In this document: in pieces, positions 18,213 to 27,865 of the stretch | Layout of the letters: each line of letters opens with the position of its first letter | How positions within the stretch are numbered: position 1 is the first letter of the stretch | DNA from: a virus | Taxonomy: Duplodnaviria > Caudoviricetes | Length of the DNA stretch: 64,000 nt | Reading direction: 5' to 3' (one strand) | Virus record (IMG/VR): IMGVR_UViG_3300029171_000002 | Span: 1-64,000 of that record | Translations under genes and position numbers: made by a program | The notes under the pieces: model-generated | Databases searched by the model: none | What the model saw: only the letters and a program-made list of their open reading frames with translations | What the model was told of the DNA's origin: nothing

Positions 18213-21200
18213 TTAAGTGATCCTCAGATTCCGTGGCGGAGTCGGCACCGTCACCGCTACCGTGGTAAAGCTGAAGGCCGCTGCAAATGCACTGGTTCCG
18301 CCTGCGTTCGTCGCATTCACGCGCCAGAAGTATTGGGTTCCAATCGCGAGCCCTGAAATCGCCTGAGAAGTTCCAGTGATTCCGGCTTGGTCAACGACGG
18401 TCGAACCAAACCCAGAAGAAGTAGACACCTGCACCCTGTAACTTGCCGCACCTGCAGATGCCTGCCATACCAGAGTCGGAGCGATCGAAACTCCCGTGGC
18501 TGCATTCGCTGGGCTTGAAAGAGTTGGCGGACTCGGAACGGCCGGCAGGTTATTCACCGTGACGGATATCGCCGTGCTCGTTGTCGTATTCCCTGCCGCA
18601 TCCCTGGCAACAGCAGTCAAGCTGTGTGCCCCATTCGAGGCTGTTAGAGAGTTCCAGGTAATCGAATACGGACTGGAGGTATCCTCGGAGCCAAGGTTCG
18701 CTCCGTCCAGCTTGAACTGCACTCCAACAACACCCACGTTGTCGCTGGCATTTGCTGTCACAGTCACATTGCCACTAACAGTTGCTCCATTCGCAGGAGC
18801 ACTAATCGATACCAGTGGTGGCGTGATATCGGGAGCGGTCAGAGCGGACACCGAGTAGTCCTGCATCGCGAAGTTCGCGCCATTGCCTCCAGGCCGCAGG
18901 AAGAAGTTAATTCCTGGTTGTCCCGATGGGTAGGTTGTATCGGTGACTTGAGCGATCTGAATATTGTTAACCCAAGCGGTTAACACATTTCCCTGCACTC
19001 TGGCTCTGAAGACATCTCCAGTAATGAACGCCCTGCCAATGCCTCCATTCGTCACAAGGTTTGTGAAGTCACCAAATGGGCCGTTCCAGCGCATCAGCTG
19101 AAACTCACCGAAGTAGGCAAACAAGAACTCATAGCCGCGAATCGAGTTCGAGGTATCGGCGCCACGCATGAACAGGCACACCTCGTGCGTGACCGTAAAA
19201 GTTCCAGATGGATTGCGGAACAGCGTGCAAGTCGCCTCAACATCGTTCGGGAACCCAGAGAGCAAGGCGTAGGAATCGTCGTATGTGTCTGTGATTCCAT
19301 TCGTCCCGAAGGCATTACCGCCACTGGTTCTGACAGCAGTCCACTGGTTAGGCGTGTGGCTCCAGACCCCGCCCTCACTGATGGGATTCTCAGTCAACGG
19401 AAATGTGGTGGTGTAACTCGTGAGCGTAAGGTTATTGACAGTAACGTTGATCGAAGCACTGGTCGTGCTGTTCCCAGCCGCATCCCTCGCAACTGCGGTG
19501 AGTACATGGGCTCCGTTACTGACGCTGTTTGTGTTCCAGCTCACCGAGTAAGGACTACTCGTGTCCTCTACGGTGATGTCAGAGCCATCGACTTTGAACG
19601 TGACACCGACCACGCCCACATTGTCAGAAGCATTAGCGGTAACGCTCACCGTTCCGCTGACGGTCGCGCCATTGGCTGGAGCAGTAATGCTGACGCTCGG
19701 AGAAGTGGTGTCTCCAGGAGCTACGGCTGCCCCGCCATATCGGTAATAGAACTGAGCAGACGAACCTGAAGAGCGCCCAAATCCCAGCATCACTCCGGCA
19801 GCCGCGTCGAAGCCGATCGTGTTGATATTGATTCCTGAAAGGTTCGGTGTCTCGGTCTCCCATGTCTGGGCATCAACATCGAAGATTCCCAAGAGCGCAA
19901 CCTGTCCGGTGTAGCTGATTGCGTTGTAAGACGGCAAAAGAATCTTGCGACTGATCGGATCGAATGCCATCCAAGTTTCAATGTCAGTATTATTCGTTGA
20001 CGCAAGACCATTGCAGATACTGGAAGGCACGGCAATGCGAGTGAACGCGCTGGAGTTGATATCAAATCTCAGCAAGTATCCCGTGCTCTGTTGCGTAGTT
20101 CTGAGGTAGCAGTAGACTGCCCGACCCAACACGTCAATGACAGATTGATCGCCATGACAGTTTGGATTGTCCGCAGGAGCAGGAAAGTTTGGCGCGGTAA
20201 CTTGGCTCCAGGTTCCAGCCGCGACATTCAGGATCTCCATCTTCAGAGAGCCCGTGTCCCTGAAGCGATAGACGCGATCACCAATAGGATCGTAAACCGC
20301 GAAAGTAGCTCCAAGGTCACCGCCATAGCCGTTTGTTGGGTTAGACCACGTCACCGCCGAGTAGGCAGGCGTGGCCCCGGACGGGTCGAACTGAACCGGG
20401 TTCATGGTCAAAGTGCGCCCTGGACAGTTGGGCTGGATGTTAGCCAGATCGTTGTAGAACCCAGGGATCGTGTAATACCTGTCCCTTGCAGAGTCGTAGG
20501 CAAACCCAACATTGTCAGGGGCAGAGGGCATGAGTTGCCCAGACAATGAGCAGTACCCGTGCTTGTTCGTCCAAGAGTTATTCCCAGGAATGTTGAAGAT
20601 GTCTCTTTGCCAGATATGAGCGTTGCCGTTGTCGCTGGCTACGGAGTCTTGATAGTCGCCGCCTGTGTTCACAATCACGCTGCGCCGAGAGTCGTAGCAC
20701 ATGCGGGTATGCTTAGCTGCCCCGCCCGGTGCTGGTCCTTGCCCAGCCGAAGGCGACGGTTTGCTCACCCAAGTTCTGTTCGGATAAGGATTGGCAGTCA
20801 ACCGATAGGCATAGACAAATCCAGAAACGGAGTTGACCACGATAAAGACGTTCTTCGACGGCAGGTACTGCCATTTAGAGAACGGGAATCCACCTTCAAG
20901 CCGGGTCGTGTTCAGCGGGTCGGTTGGCGGAGTAACGGTGTTCGCACCAGAAGCTGTGTTTGTCGTCCAAACCAGCGTGGTCGAATTCAAGCTGTAGGTT
21001 GTTGTTCCTCCCCACCAGGCAACGATGCGCCGGGAAACCGGATCCCACGCCATACCAGGACCACGCTTTGTGACAATCGCAGACGCTCCGGCGCCACTGG
21101 ATGTCGGTTGCGTAAGAATCCCGGTATTGAGATTGCAAACGATCATCACGCTGTTACCGCAGGCGACGATGATCCGAGTGTCTGGGTCAAAACAAACACT

Positions 21201-21884
21201 CATGTCCTCGCCAATCGTCATACCACCCATGTCTCCAGCGGATTGCCCCTGGAAACTTCCAAACCCACTCCAAGTATTTGTGGCAATGTTCCAACGCTTG
21301 AACACGCCACGATCGCTGAAGCCGTACATGCTGTGCGTCACTGGGTCGTAAATATAGGTTGGACCAACCCCTAGTGAGGCGTCATCGGCCTGCCTTGCCC
21401 AGCCAGCAGTCACCGGGTTCCATATCCAAGAGGCCCGCGACCCATCCCCGCCTCCAGACCACAAAGAGCCGCCGCAGCGGAACACCTTGTCAATGCCGGG
21501 AATGTAGAGGAACCCGCAGTAGGTGTGAACAGAGACGGGATTGCCGTCCGAATATTGTTGGATAATATTTGGGCTAACTGGCGCGGGACTTGGAATAACC
21601 GCATTCGAAGAAGGTCCGAACGGACGCGACCAAGTCAGAGATCCGAAGTTGTAAGCGTAGATCTCGTTCCCAGAATAGTCACCGTGGCCACCGCCGTGGA
21701 CGTAAAGGCGATTCCGCAACGTATCCATAGCTCCGCCATTCCAAGCGATCATCACCGCTGGCGGGCCTACACCAGTTAAGGGCGGAGGCTGCGGGTTCGG
21801 CGGATACACGCCGCTTTGATCCAGGCGAGAGTTTGGTATCAGATACCACTCGCCCGGAACTAAGGTGTCAATGCTGGTGGCCAT
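18213..21884 (-). CDS. Large receptor-binding/adhesin protein: Kelch-like propellers + two bacterial Ig domains + lectin-like sandwich + FN3
   Basis: Two copies of DxTxPxVSIxAPANGATVSGxVxVTANASDNVGVVGV; repeated yDP/fD propeller blades; FN3 YFWRVNATNAGG. Confidence 0.75.
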   Translation of the reverse strand: MATSIDTLVPGEWYLIPNSRLDQSGVYPPNPQPPPLTGVGPPAVMIAWNGGAMDTLRNRLYVHGGGHGDYSGNEIYAYNFGSLTWSRPFGPSSNAVIPSPAPVSPNIIQQYSDGNPVSVHTYCGFLYIPGIDKVFRCGGSLWSGGGDGSRASWIWNPVTAGWARQADDASLGVGPTYIYDPVTHSMYGFSDRGVFKRWNIATNTWSGFGSFQGQSAGDMGGMTIGEDMSVCFDPDTRIIVACGNSVMIVCNLNTGILTQPTSSGAGASAIVTKRGPGMAWDPVSRRIVAWWGGTTTYSLNSTTLVWTTNTASGANTVTPPTDPLNTTRLEGGFPFSKWQYLPSKNVFIVVNSVSGFVYAYRLTANPYPNRTWVSKPSPSAGQGPAPGGAAKHTRMCYDSRRSVIVNTGGDYQDSVASDNGNAHIWQRDIFNIPGNNSWTNKHGYCSLSGQLMPSAPDNVGFAYDSARDRYYTIPGFYNDLANIQPNCPGRTLTMNPVQFDPSGATPAYSAVTWSNPTNGYGGDLGATFAVYDPIGDRVYRFRDTGSLKMEILNVAAGTWSQVTAPNFPAPADNPNCHGDQSVIDVLGRAVYCYLRTTQQSTGYLLRFDINSSAFTRIAVPSSICNGLASTNNTDIETWMAFDPISRKILLPSYNAISYTGQVALLGIFDVDAQTWETETPNLSGININTIGFDAAAGVMLGFGRSSGSSAQFYYRYGGAAVAPGDTTSPSVSITAPANGATVSGTVSVTANASDNVGVVGVTFKVDGSDITVEDTSSPYSVSWNTNSVSNGAHVLTAVARDAAGNSTTSASINVTVNNLTLTSYTTTFPLTENPISEGGVWSHTPNQWTAVRTSGGNAFGTNGITDTYDDSYALLSGFPNDVEATCTLFRNPSGTFTVTHEVCLFMRGADTSNSIRGYEFLFAYFGEFQLMRWNGPFGDFTNLVTNGGIGRAFITGDVFRARVQGNVLTAWVNNIQIAQVTDTTYPSGQPGINFFLRPGGNGANFAMQDYSVSALTAPDITPPLVSISAPANGATVSGNVTVTANASDNVGVVGVQFKLDGANLGSEDTSSPYSITWNSLTASNGAHSLTAVARDAAGNTTTSTAISVTVNNLPAVPSPPTLSSPANAATGVSIAPTLVWQASAGAASYRVQVSTSSGFGSTVVDQAGITGTSQAISGLAIGTQYFWRVNATNAGGTSAFAAAFSFTTVAVTVPTPPRNLRIT

Positions 21885-21909
21885 GTAGGGTCCAAGATCT
21901 GTTCAGAGA

Positions 21910-22206
21910 TTAAGCAGAGCGCCGCCTGCTGGCAGGGATGATGTCTGCCGGGCAGTCTTTCAACTCATGGATCGGGATCACTACGGCCTTGGTGATGAAC
22001 CGCATGTACTTCGGATGCTTCTCCATCACGTCTTCCCCGTTCTCATCCATCTCGTGGCAACTCACGAAGCCAAGCGGAATATCTTTGGCCTTGTCCACGG
22101 TGCCATCGGGCATCACAAAGCTCGAAGTCGCTTGTCCGCCAATCCCCGCGATCACGCCAGGCTTGCCATTCGGCAACAACACAAAGCTTCCAGTCTTTAG
22201 TTTCAT
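21910..22206 (-). CDS. Hypothetical protein
   Basis: AAGGAG RBS favours start MKLKTG at 22206. Confidence 0.6.
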   Translation of the reverse strand: MKLKTGSFVLLPNGKPGVIAGIGGQATSSFVMPDGTVDKAKDIPLGFVSCHEMDENGEDVMEKHPKYMRFITKAVVIPIHELKDCPADIIPASRRRSA

Positions 22207-22216
22207 AACGCTCCTT

Positions 22217-22262
22217 TCAAAACAAAAAGGCCTGCCCTCTGCTGTGCACAGAGAGCAGGCCC
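22217..22262 (-). terminator. Intrinsic terminator-like hairpin
   Basis: GGCCTGCTCTCTG/CAGAGGGCAGGCC stem then TTTTTGTTTT on the minus strand. Confidence 0.6.
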
Positions 22263-22327
22263 GGTTACTACAGTTTGTGCGCCCGTCAGCGCCAAACACT
22301 CGTTGTCATCTCACCTGAGGGTGAGTG

Positions 22328-23131
22328 CTATTGCTCGGTTACTCCTATTTCTGTTGCAACTACGTTGTGTGAACCACAATCTCCACAAGTGAATCTTTGC
22401 CCTGGGCCGTGTCTGCCTTTTCGCAATTGCAGATTTTCTATTCTGTTATCCGATTTATTCCCGTTGATGTGATGCACAGTCTCCGACTTCAGTAGTGGTC
22501 TGCCAAGAGACTCTGCCATCACTAATCGATGCTCATAGACATTTCCATTTCCATCTTGCATTTCTGTGAAGAACGGATGATTCATGGAGATAGGAAGTAT
22601 CTTGTAACCACGGATAATGTACCCTGTGCCTGGTGCTGATCTTGGCTTCGGAGTATGCAAACCATGAGCTTGGAGGATTCTTGATATCAGATTCTCTCCA
22701 CACTGCATTTTTGAAGATATTCCCCTAATCGGCATTCCCCCACGATAGCAAACCAACACCTCTTCGATCTTGCTGTGCTCCAATATGAAATCATGCTTCT
22801 TCGGTTCGACTCCATGCCTTTTCAGCATCTTCCTGAAACCAGAATAAGAGATGGCGAAATGCCTAGCTGTTTCCTTAAGACTGTGTGGAAACAGATAGTA
22901 GTCAACCATCTTCTTTTCAGCCACAAAAGACAACTTCGGTATCGGACCATGTTTCTGCAAAGTAGTTGGCTGAAGTCCATTACGATACAGCACTCGATAA
23001 ACAGTGTGCCTTCGCCATGATTCATCAGCCTTAGCGATCTCACTCGCTGGCATCCCACCACGAAACAACTCCACTATTTTTGCTTCAGCTTCCACTGATA
23101 GAGACCTCGGTTTTCCTCTCATACCCTTCAA
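22328..23131 (-). CDS. HNH homing endonuclease with N-terminal HTH repeats
   Basis: YEHRLVMAESLGRPLLKSETVHHINGNKSDNRIENL; AT-rich. Confidence 0.85.
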   Translation of the reverse strand: MKGMRGKPRSLSVEAEAKIVELFRGGMPASEIAKADESWRRHTVYRVLYRNGLQPTTLQKHGPIPKLSFVAEKKMVDYYLFPHSLKETARHFAISYSGFRKMLKRHGVEPKKHDFILEHSKIEEVLVCYRGGMPIRGISSKMQCGENLISRILQAHGLHTPKPRSAPGTGYIIRGYKILPISMNHPFFTEMQDGNGNVYEHRLVMAESLGRPLLKSETVHHINGNKSDNRIENLQLRKGRHGPGQRFTCGDCGSHNVVATEIGVTEQ

Positions 23132-23166
23132 TCCTCCTTTTGAATTTAGGTGATTAAAGGGTATGT

Positions 23167-23187
23167 CTTGACATTATTAGTGTCAAG
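23167..23187. promoter_or_regulatory. Palindrome giving a TTGACA -35 box on both strands; putative promoter/operator of the HNH gene
   Basis: CTTGACA-ttattag-TGTCAAG; on the minus strand TTGACA-17 nt-TACCCT then AAGGAGG. Confidence 0.5.
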
Positions 23188-23258
23188 TTAAATCTTTTAG
23201 AATCATTGCAAACATTAGTGTACAATCTGCATATAAAGACTGTAAACTATTGATTCTA

Positions 23259-23822
23259 TTATGCAAACTGAATCTTGGCCGTGATTGAAATTCTATCACC
23301 GTTATTCGCGATGTTATACGGTGCAGTAGGGAATTTTTCACTCCACATCAAGATGCCGGCGGTGGCAGTAGCGAAGAGATAACCATAGACATCTCCGAGT
23401 GCGCCGGTAAAGTCAAAATCCTGCTGAGAATGGGTAGACTCTGTGGTCCCGGTCGTTGTTACGGTCGACCAGTTAGAGTTCGTGATTGCCTTTTCGGCAT
23501 ACCCGTTTCCGGTGGCCTCGGTGTAAGTTGTGCGGGTGTCGGACTCACCAGGCGTCACGTTGTTGGTGTACAGCTTCAGCTTCACAGTGGACGTCATGGC
23601 AGTCTTGCCCAGGGCGGCATCACCGAGTACGGCCTCACCAACGTCGGGGACGACGAGGGCCATCTTGACTACGGGAAGATAGCACTGGTACTTGGGATCA
23701 AAGACCATGTCATCGACCACGGGGCGGTGATTGGCCACATAGAAGATATCGTGTGGATTCCTGAGCTGCTTGACGATCCCTTCCCGGACGACGCGCATTA
23801 GCAAATTGTGATTGTGAATCAT
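23259..23822 (-). CDS. Virion structural protein
   Basis: LKLYTNNVTP...TEATGNGYA...GDRISIT pattern common in phage structural clusters; true start may be internal (MALVVPD). Confidence 0.6.
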   Translation of the reverse strand: MIHNHNLLMRVVREGIVKQLRNPHDIFYVANHRPVVDDMVFDPKYQCYLPVVKMALVVPDVGEAVLGDAALGKTAMTSTVKLKLYTNNVTPGESDTRTTYTEATGNGYAEKAITNSNWSTVTTTGTTESTHSQQDFDFTGALGDVYGYLFATATAGILMWSEKFPTAPYNIANNGDRISITAKIQFA

Positions 23823-23836
23823 GGGGTTCTCTCCTC

Positions 23837-24499
23837 TTAGTTCTTGAGACTGGTAGTATATCCAGGCCCTGTGTCTGCACCTGGCTCCTCGACCAACAGG
23901 ATATGGTTCTCCGCTACCCGTCTCCTTAGCGCGGAGTCACTTACGGAACGGAACGACTCATACTGCTTGAGCGACTGCTGAAACTCGGCACCACCTTCTT
24001 TGAATCTGGCCATGTGGAAAACATAATCTCCCAAGGCATCCACGTACTCATCATCGAGATCGATCACAGTGTCCTCGCTGAGAATCATGGGCTGCTGCAA
24101 CAGCGTGAGTTCGAGCGACTGATTCGTTGTGGGGTTGGGGGAGAGAAAGAACAGATTGATTCCCACAGGCCCCCACTGCTTTGGCCTGGCTCCGGTCTGT
24201 AACTGCCAGCGCGGTTGCTCACGATCCATGCCTTCGAGGACACGCTTCCGCAGGAAGACATCGCCACGGCTGATTTCGAGCACGGCGATCGCACCCAAGG
24301 GGGTCACTTGAAATGCCACGCTCTGCGGCAGAGAACTGGTGACACGTTCCTGAAACTTCAGGGCAATCAAGTTGAATTCACGAATGGCATCATTCAAATG
24401 AACGAGCAACTCCTCTCGTGTCCAGAACACTGGGTTCAGCGGATCCTCGTCCAAGAGTTCCAGCGTTTGATCAATGACCTCTGAGGCAGTGATAGCCAT
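23837..24499 (-). CDS. Head-tail adaptor/ring protein (P22 gp4/tubular protein A-like)
   Basis: FWTREELLVHLNDA...PRW...P.P...EYVDALGDYV...KEG pattern. Confidence 0.65.
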   Translation of the reverse strand: MAITASEVIDQTLELLDEDPLNPVFWTREELLVHLNDAIREFNLIALKFQERVTSSLPQSVAFQVTPLGAIAVLEISRGDVFLRKRVLEGMDREQPRWQLQTGARPKQWGPVGINLFFLSPNPTTNQSLELTLLQQPMILSEDTVIDLDDEYVDALGDYVFHMARFKEGGAEFQQSLKQYESFRSVSDSALRRRVAENHILLVEEPGADTGPGYTTSLKN

Positions 24500-24501
24500 A
24501 A

Positions 24502-24846
24502 TTAGAGAATCGAGACAGAGACCAAGGCACCTTCACCACTGGTCTGAGAAATAATGTAAAGTGCAGCCACGTCGTGACCACCAGGAACATTCACAATAGA
24601 ATCCTGCCACGCCGGCAGAGACGTGCCATCAGTGGCCGGGATTGGCAAAACATAGAGCACGCCTACCAAGGTGGCCACAACCATCGTGCTCAGACCGATA
24701 TAGATCTTGCCGGTGTTCCCTGCGATCTGCTGAACCGTGATGGAGTAACACTGCAACAGATTTTGATCCGCTGCGGCCAGATTAGCCGTCAGCCTGGCAA
24801 CGGCACCGCCCGTAGAAGTAACCTTCCCAAGTGATTTGTGAGCCAT
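24502..24846 (-). CDS. Small virion-region protein
   Basis: 114 aa beta-rich, tightly packed. Confidence 0.55.
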   Translation of the reverse strand: MAHKSLGKVTSTGGAVARLTANLAAADQNLLQCYSITVQQIAGNTGKIYIGLSTMVVATLVGVLYVLPIPATDGTSLPAWQDSIVNVPGGHDVAALYIISQTSGEGALVSVSIL

Positions 24847-24851
24847 GATTA

Positions 24852-26516
24852 CTATCCTCTTTTCATCGGCAACCGATTTCCGGTAAAGGCAAAGAATTTT
24901 GTGATCACCCCTGCTGACTCTGTTTGCGCTTCCAGCGCCCCTATGTCTGGAGGCGAGCCAACGGAATTCCCGGCAAGATCCGTGGTCAAAGACACCGCAG
25001 TACCGGCGCCACGCGCTGGAGACGTAGCCAGCAGCCTGAAATCTCCTGCGGCCGCAGAGGACAGCAATGGATCCGCATTCACTCCGGCAGCGTCATAACC
25101 CAACAGCTTCCACTGCGCCCATGTCAAATCAACGCTGTTTACTCGAATCGCTGGATTCCCGTCAGCTCTCCAATGCAGGTTATTATCAATACTGACCGTG
25201 CCGGCTTGGAGAACAATGAACACAACGGTTCGGCGCGTGTCTGTGGCCACGATCAAATTGTTCTTAATCGTCAGCACGGTGCAGGACTCATTGATCTTGA
25301 TCTCCTGCTGGCTCGTGAGCCCGTTTTTCCAAATCGTGTTATTCAAGATCGTCAAAGACAGAGTGCCTGCGCCCTTGGTTTGCTCTGTGATCCCATTCTC
25401 CGCATTCAAAACGTTGTTGCTGTAAATCAAGTTATAGGAGACAACATAAACCGTGTTCGTTGCACCGTTTTGACCCAACTGAATGCCACTGCCCCAGTTC
25501 CCGTAGATCCGGTTCCGGTAGCAATTCGCCGATCCAATCAGCTTGATGCCGCTGCCATTGGGGTGCCCATAAACCACGTTGTCTCGAATGTCGGCCACCA
25601 CAGTAGAGGCTAGAACGTAGATCCCATGGCTTCCGCTGTTTGAGTTTGCCGTTCCCAGGATGTTTTCATAGATCGTGTTTCCTGAAATCGTGATGTTCCC
25701 GAGCTGCCCCTGAATTCCTGAGAATTGCTGGCTGCGAGCCGCCGAGTCCCAGCCATTGCGGGTAATCGAACATCCGTGAATCGTTCCGGCCGTAAAATCG
25801 TTGTTCACCCAGATCCCGAAACCACCGTTGTTCTTAACCGTGCAGTAACTGATAGTGAAACTAGTGGCCGTGGTGGCGTGGATATCTATTCCAATCCCCG
25901 CACAGTTTTCGACCGTGCAGTTCTGGAACACAATACCGATGACGCTCGTCCAACCCAGTTTGATTCCACCGGCATTGCCATAAGGCAGATTCCCAGACCT
26001 GATCGTGATCCCGTCACAGGTAACGTAGCTCGTGTTGTTTGTGTTGACCGGATCAACTCTCTGTGCTGCCTCAACAGAGCCAGAAGGGTCACTGGTGCTG
26101 TACACCGACAAAAGATTTGCTGCCCAAAACCAATCTCCAGCCGCAGTGCATGCTGCTTTTGAGGCAGACATGGATTCTGGAGCAGTGCTGCCAATAACCA
26201 CGGAATAGGTCTGAGTCGTTAGAGCAACGTCCCAGATATCACTGCCAGCCGAAACAAATCCAACAAGCCTGTCAGCGCCTGTGATCACTGGAGCTGCGCC
26301 ACTACCGTAAGTGCTGAAGGTAATGGGATGACCGCTGGTGCCAGAACTCGGGTAAGTCAGGGTCTCCCTCCACGTCTCGCCTTTCTTCAGCAACACGAAG
26401 TCGTCAGCCGCAAACGTCGCTGCATTCACCTTGGCAAGAGTCCGCCATGGCAGCTGCGTCGATAACCCGCTGTTCGCATCCGATCCTAATGTGGCGTCAA
26501 CGTAGTAAGTGGCCAT
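24852..26516 (-). CDS. Right-handed parallel beta-helix protein (tailspike/depolymerase-like)
   Basis: TYYVDATLGSDANSG...PWRTLAKV start, repeated I..N.I..N coils, PDIGALE end. Confidence 0.8.
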   Translation of the reverse strand: MATYYVDATLGSDANSGLSTQLPWRTLAKVNAATFAADDFVLLKKGETWRETLTYPSSGTSGHPITFSTYGSGAAPVITGADRLVGFVSAGSDIWDVALTTQTYSVVIGSTAPESMSASKAACTAAGDWFWAANLLSVYSTSDPSGSVEAAQRVDPVNTNNTSYVTCDGITIRSGNLPYGNAGGIKLGWTSVIGIVFQNCTVENCAGIGIDIHATTATSFTISYCTVKNNGGFGIWVNNDFTAGTIHGCSITRNGWDSAARSQQFSGIQGQLGNITISGNTIYENILGTANSNSGSHGIYVLASTVVADIRDNVVYGHPNGSGIKLIGSANCYRNRIYGNWGSGIQLGQNGATNTVYVVSYNLIYSNNVLNAENGITEQTKGAGTLSLTILNNTIWKNGLTSQQEIKINESCTVLTIKNNLIVATDTRRTVVFIVLQAGTVSIDNNLHWRADGNPAIRVNSVDLTWAQWKLLGYDAAGVNADPLLSSAAAGDFRLLATSPARGAGTAVSLTTDLAGNSVGSPPDIGALEAQTESAGVITKFFAFTGNRLPMKRG

Positions 26517-26701
26517 TAGTCCTTAGAGCGTTGTAGTGGAAACAGATCGCGAGGTGTGTCGTTGTTCGTCTGCACGCCCATATCGGGAACAATCAGCTTT
26601 GAGCCATTGGGATCAAAGTCGGCAGGCTTGGCTGTCGTCGGTCCCCAGTCTTCAATGTGAACGGTGCGTGGTGGATTCTGTCCTTGCGCTCGGTCTTTCA
26701 T
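26516..26701 (-). CDS. Small hypothetical protein
   Basis: 61 aa, AAGGAG RBS, 1-nt overlap with next gene. Confidence 0.55.
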   Translation of the reverse strand: MKDRAQGQNPPRTVHIEDWGPTTAKPADFDPNGSKLIVPDMGVQTNNDTPRDLFPLQRSKD

Positions 26702-26710
26702 GTGTTCTCC

Positions 26711-27865
26711 TTATTCCCCGTCGTACCAATCGTGATCGCGGTAGTACTGATCGCCTAAGCGCCAGTTCCGGTAGTCATAAAAAGCGGTCATCACTGAAGT
26801 ATTGTCGTCGTCGACCATCATTCTTTGCAGTGCAAACTCAGACTCCTGGAGATACAACTTCGACGCATTCGGATCGTAATAGATTCCGCCATCGACTTTA
26901 CGGTGCCCAGGCCATCTCGCGGCTTCCCCGCGCACTCGCATGAGCACTACATCTGACCTGATCCCGTTCGGCAGAAAGTCATTGTCGTCCGTCAGCGGCT
27001 GCCATTGCTTCACGTAGAAATAGACGAATTCTGCTTTTGACGTTGGCCGCGGATACAGTTCCCACAGCGGTGCCCCTGAAGGATCGGTCTCGTGAAACAC
27101 GCACATGTAGGTGCTCTGGGTCGTTGTGCGTCGTGGATCCCGGATATCCAGATAGTCTTTCGACAGATCGGTTCTCAACTGCCAATGACTTTGCAGGTTC
27201 ACCACAGTCAGAAGCTGCTTGCAGTCGTGACCAAAGCTCACAAACGCCTGGCTGAGCGAATAACTCTGAGTCGTGGCACTCACACCAGCCCAAGGGAAAT
27301 CTACCAACAGGGTCGTCGCACTCGTTACGCCTGTGACCGTGTACAGAGGATTATCGGCCGCAATCTTCATCTGCCGGCCAGCCAGAGAGGAAACTGTAAT
27401 TGCCGCTCCGCTTGAGTGCAGGTTCTCGAATCTAGCAGTGATTGAAGTCTCATCGGCATTCACCGCCATGATGAACACGGCTTCTTCAGCACTCTGCGCG
27501 GCGTCGATGACGATCCATTGCCCGGCCTTTAGGCCCGTGAGTGCCGCCACTACCACCGACTGAATCCGGCCACGGTCCAGAATGTCCTCAGTGATCGTTG
27601 TGCTGGCGACGTCTGATACCGGCCATGCCGTGGCTGTGCCAGTAATCTCGGTGTCCCCGTTTGTGACCGTCAAGGTCCCGGTGTTGTACTCAGCCGAAAT
27701 ATCCAGCATGCCGCGCTTCACGAGACCGCTCCAAGGCCGGCGAGCAATCAGTTCCCGCAAGTGATCGTTGATCTTGCGCTTGATGATCGCTTCGTCGTAG
27801 TGCGGGTAGTCGAGTAAGACTGATCGCACCATCTCGCCGAAGTTTTCGTTTTGCGGACTAGGCAT
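26711..27865 (-). CDS. Adaptor/tubular protein A-like ring protein with central beta-rich insertion
   Basis: Helical N-terminus (KINDHLREL...W), WELYPRP, C-terminal helices; insertion TGTATAW...VTSATTL. Confidence 0.6.
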   Translation of the reverse strand: MPSPQNENFGEMVRSVLLDYPHYDEAIIKRKINDHLRELIARRPWSGLVKRGMLDISAEYNTGTLTVTNGDTEITGTATAWPVSDVASTTITEDILDRGRIQSVVVAALTGLKAGQWIVIDAAQSAEEAVFIMAVNADETSITARFENLHSSGAAITVSSLAGRQMKIAADNPLYTVTGVTSATTLLVDFPWAGVSATTQSYSLSQAFVSFGHDCKQLLTVVNLQSHWQLRTDLSKDYLDIRDPRRTTTQSTYMCVFHETDPSGAPLWELYPRPTSKAEFVYFYVKQWQPLTDDNDFLPNGIRSDVVLMRVRGEAARWPGHRKVDGGIYYDPNASKLYLQESEFALQRMMVDDDNTSVMTAFYDYRNWRLGDQYYRDHDWYDGE

